From NCBI GenBank assembly GCA_040954595.2, contig CM082583.2, forward strand, positions 4,393,374 through 4,457,373: 64,000 nucleotides of DNA, written 5' to 3'. The translations under genes and the position numbers were made by a program. Each line of letters starts with the position of its first letter. Position 1 is the first letter of the stretch. Source of the stretch: Balanoglossus misakiensis. Taxonomy: Eukaryota > Animalia > Hemichordata. The notes under the pieces are model-generated. The model had not been told where the DNA came from. It ran no database searches and saw nothing but the letters and a program-made list of their open reading frames with translations. Positions 55,968 to 64,000 of this stretch are shown here, piece after piece.

Positions 55968-57035
55968 GATACTTGCGCTTGGTGGGGAACTTTACTGATA
56001 AGCGAGTTTTGACCATGGACTTGTTCGTAGGCCCCCTGGGAACTTGAAGAAGTCTGAGTGTCACTTGGGCGTGGGCACTGGTGTCTGGGTCTCAGTAAAA
56101 TGGCGACGATCCGAGCCAATAGTACGTGCAAAGGTCAGGATTTAACTAACCACCTGGCCTGCACGTCATTTCTGCTTCTAAATCAATTGACGTGCTGATA
56201 AATTTGGGGAGAGTTAGGTAAACCATGGAGGTACTAAGAGATGGGTAAACCAGCAATCTGATTAAAATCAGATGTAGGGAACGGCGACGGTAGATATGAA
56301 CAGAATGTCCTCGCGAGATGTGTAACTGCTCATTTTGCTGATCATTTACGCAGCGTGTCCACATTGGTTATTTTACACCGGCACTGCAGGCCCAGCACCG
56401 GTGTGCAACACCACCGTAAACTGTCCACGACCTACTGGATGAGACAGTTTTTTGGAACTGAAGACTGCTAATATTTTGAGCATGAAGGTCACTTGATTTT
56501 GCCCAATGATAAACGGGGTCATGCAGCATTTTTTGTGCAAGAAACCGGGGAGGGTCAGGAGATGTTCCTCTTTTCTTCATGAAAATGATGGATTGTAACA
56601 AATCATCTGCTGTTATTCCAGTTTAATCCCGCGCGCGGATTATCCAGTTCTTATTTGTGTGAATAGGATCAGCTAAGACATTGTTGGCTCAACCAGTTAT
56701 GCGCGTGCATAGGGAGGCATTACCTGTTGAAATTATATCGCAGTTGTGTTTGAAGTATTCACTTTCATCAGAGTCAATAGTAAGACGAGATTTGATAATG
56801 TCTTCCGGTGTTCCAAGATTTGACGAGCTTTCAAACTTTAAATGTTCCAGTGTCTCTTTGTCGGATTCTCATCTGTCCCTCAAAATTGTTTCCAGCAAAA
56901 CTGAACAGTAAAGACACGGGCAATGGTTATCCGAAACGGCAGAATGGTCACCTTTTTCTTTCACCCCCAACAACTTTCTCTCGACGCCCCATTTCCCTTC
57001 TCGTTCTAAGCGCACTTGTTGGCAATGTCACTTTT

Positions 57036-57882
57036 ATTGCAGAAAACAACGTCTACTTAGGAAACGAAGAGGCCAACGAAAAGCGACTTCTTCGTCACGT
57101 GTTCAAAGCTGGCGACGTTTACATCAACACTGGGGATCTGATGATGTTCAACAAGGACTACTACCGTGTCATCTGACCTCGTGTCTAGAATTACACAGCA
57201 GAGATACTGATTTCTACTAAATGCAAATAAGACTGAAACCTGATTTCGTTCACCCGTTTTGTTTTGATGCATTTCAGATGGAGAGGTGAGAATGTAGCGA
57301 CAACGGAAGTGTCTCAAGTCATAGGATCATACCCGGATGTGAAACAAGTTATTGTATACGGTGTTAAAGTACCAGGTTTGTCAGTCTGATTATTAAATGC
57401 AGCATTTTTACTCAAAATAACTTGAGAAGCGCTTCCACTGTCTGTGATGGTCCTCGGCCCTCAATAATTTGTGTCATGGCTATATTCATACTCGGGGTGC
57501 GCATGTCAACATAAATACCAACATCTCTTTGTTAACGTTTCAGTTGTGGACATGTTTTTTGCGACCCACAGGTCACAACGGTCGAGCTGGCATGGCTGCC
57601 ATTGTCTGCGGAGATAATGATCGCCACATTGACTTACGCCAGCTCTACGCCCACCTGCAATCCAGGCTACCGTCCTACGCTGTTCCTCGATTTCTGAGAA
57701 TCCGGGAGACACTGGAAACAACGGTCACGTTCAAGTACACCAAAACCGATCTCATGAAGGAGGGTTTCGATCCGAAAATCGTCAAAGAAGCCGTTTTCAT
57801 GTGTGACGATAGCAAACAGACTTACTGCAGAGTTGATGAGGACGTTTACGGTAAAATCGTCCGTGGAATGTCACGTTTATGA
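57036..57882 (+). pseudogene. Partial duplicate of SLC27/FATP 3' end
   Basis: Truncated exon 7 with a 50-bp deletion (equivalent to 48279-48328) that removes YFVDRLGDTFR and the donor. Exons 57278-57375 and 57572-57882 are intact. Confidence 0.85.
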
Positions 57883-58597
57883 AGTGTCTGGTGGCGAAAT
57901 ACATGTCCAGGTCCAGGTGTAACTCTCACAGTAAATCTCTTTCATGCACAGAGGCTATGCGCGCTTGTTGTTCAATAGCGATAGATACACAACACAACAC
58001 AACTAACTCAACACAAAACGAAAGTTACTGCTAATGGAGCTCTGAATAATAAGGGTCACCGCATAAGCTCTTGCTCAAAAAGAGAACTACCTTACCGGTA
58101 CCGTAAACCGGCAGAGGAAAGGCGAAAATCATGTCTAAAAACTGAGTGTATGTGAGTCTGTATCATCTCCTAAAATGGCGTATCCAGTTTTCTTCTGTGT
58201 TTTCAAAAAGACTCCCCAAAACACTTTCCTATAGCAAAGAATTGAAAGGTTTGAAAAGAAGTCTATTAGTATTATGCACAAAGAACACAGTCACACACAC
58301 TCAATCATGTTTCAACGGTCAGTGACCTATATTATACACTAAAGGAAAAGATTATATCAGAATAATGTGTCGCTAAAATTTGTCTAGTTTCCATTAACAT
58401 GATTACCTGTAATAATTCTCCCGTTCTGCCACTACGCTAATGACAAAGACTTGGTGTCATTCTATCCAGGGCTGTCAATGGCCAAAGCAGCTCGGAGAAT
58501 TTCTTGGTAGGATTACTAGTATTCAAAAATTAGTATACTCGAAGGACAAACGACATCTACTTATAAAATAAAACACAAACTAGCCCATATATAATTA

Positions 58598-58742
58598 AGC
58601 AATAAAACACCCCCAGCCATGGTATACCACGAGATTTTGACCAGTTCATGACATATACGCAGTACGAGCGATAGCGAGTGCGTATATGGAGTTGAACTGG
58701 TCAAAATCGAGTGGTATACCATGGCTGGGGTGTTTTATTGCT
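58598..58742. repeat. Foldback hairpin, duplicated copy
   Basis: Same as 49751-49896 with one fewer G in the right arm. Confidence 0.9.
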
Positions 58743-59005
58743 ATTATATTATGCCAGTATATTGAAACTTTGCATAAAACATTTTAAAAAGGCATTTTCT
58801 TTGACTATGATATATGACTGTGGTATATGGCTAATATATCACGGTCACGTGTCGTGTCTCGACCAATCAAATAGCGTGATTTACACCATCAATATACATT
58901 TACTGGTATAATAATTATAATTGAAGACATTTTCACTGTTTCCACTATAGTGGTCGTCTTGAACTTGACGATTTGGGCAATTCGCTATCCACGCATGAAA
59001 ACTTA

Positions 59006-64000
<4,995 letters not shown>

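Noticed and set aside
56808-57176. 122-aa ORF fused to FATP exon 7 as a new chimeric gene
   Set aside because: GTG start, no recognisable N-terminal part, and it terminates at the 50-bp deletion; best explained as read-through across the duplication junction.

Overview
Eukaryotic, intron-rich, AT-rich animal DNA. An invertebrate bilaterian, possibly a deuterostome, is an inference; the taxon cannot be fixed from the sequence. Plus strand: a 5'-truncated membrane-anchored PC5/6B-type proprotein convertase (29 exons read by eye, about 23 furin-like Cys-rich repeats, TM, sorting tail), complete IDH3A, complete PSMA4, a decayed 3.6-kb THAP-containing Kolobok-like DNA transposon, and a complete SLC27/FATP acyl-CoA synthetase ending in SRL. 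Minus strand: a complete CYP4 (CYP4F-like) P450 convergent with the FATP. About 7 kb (3' part of FATP plus most of CYP4) is tandemly duplicated at an offset of about 8.85-8.89 kb and runs off the window. Introns and UTRs carry many MITEs, mostly TTAA-flanked, and microsatellites. Most notable: the transposon's right TIR ends 6 bp before the FATP ATG; one MITE is flanked by a 19-bp TTAA-to-TTAA duplication; the duplication shows mosaic divergence and keeps intact FATP terminal exons; CYP4 has a GC-AG intron; and the gene set mirrors vertebrate 15q/19p/9q paralogons. All exon coordinates were derived manually. No prokaryote-type system (CRISPR etc.) is present.
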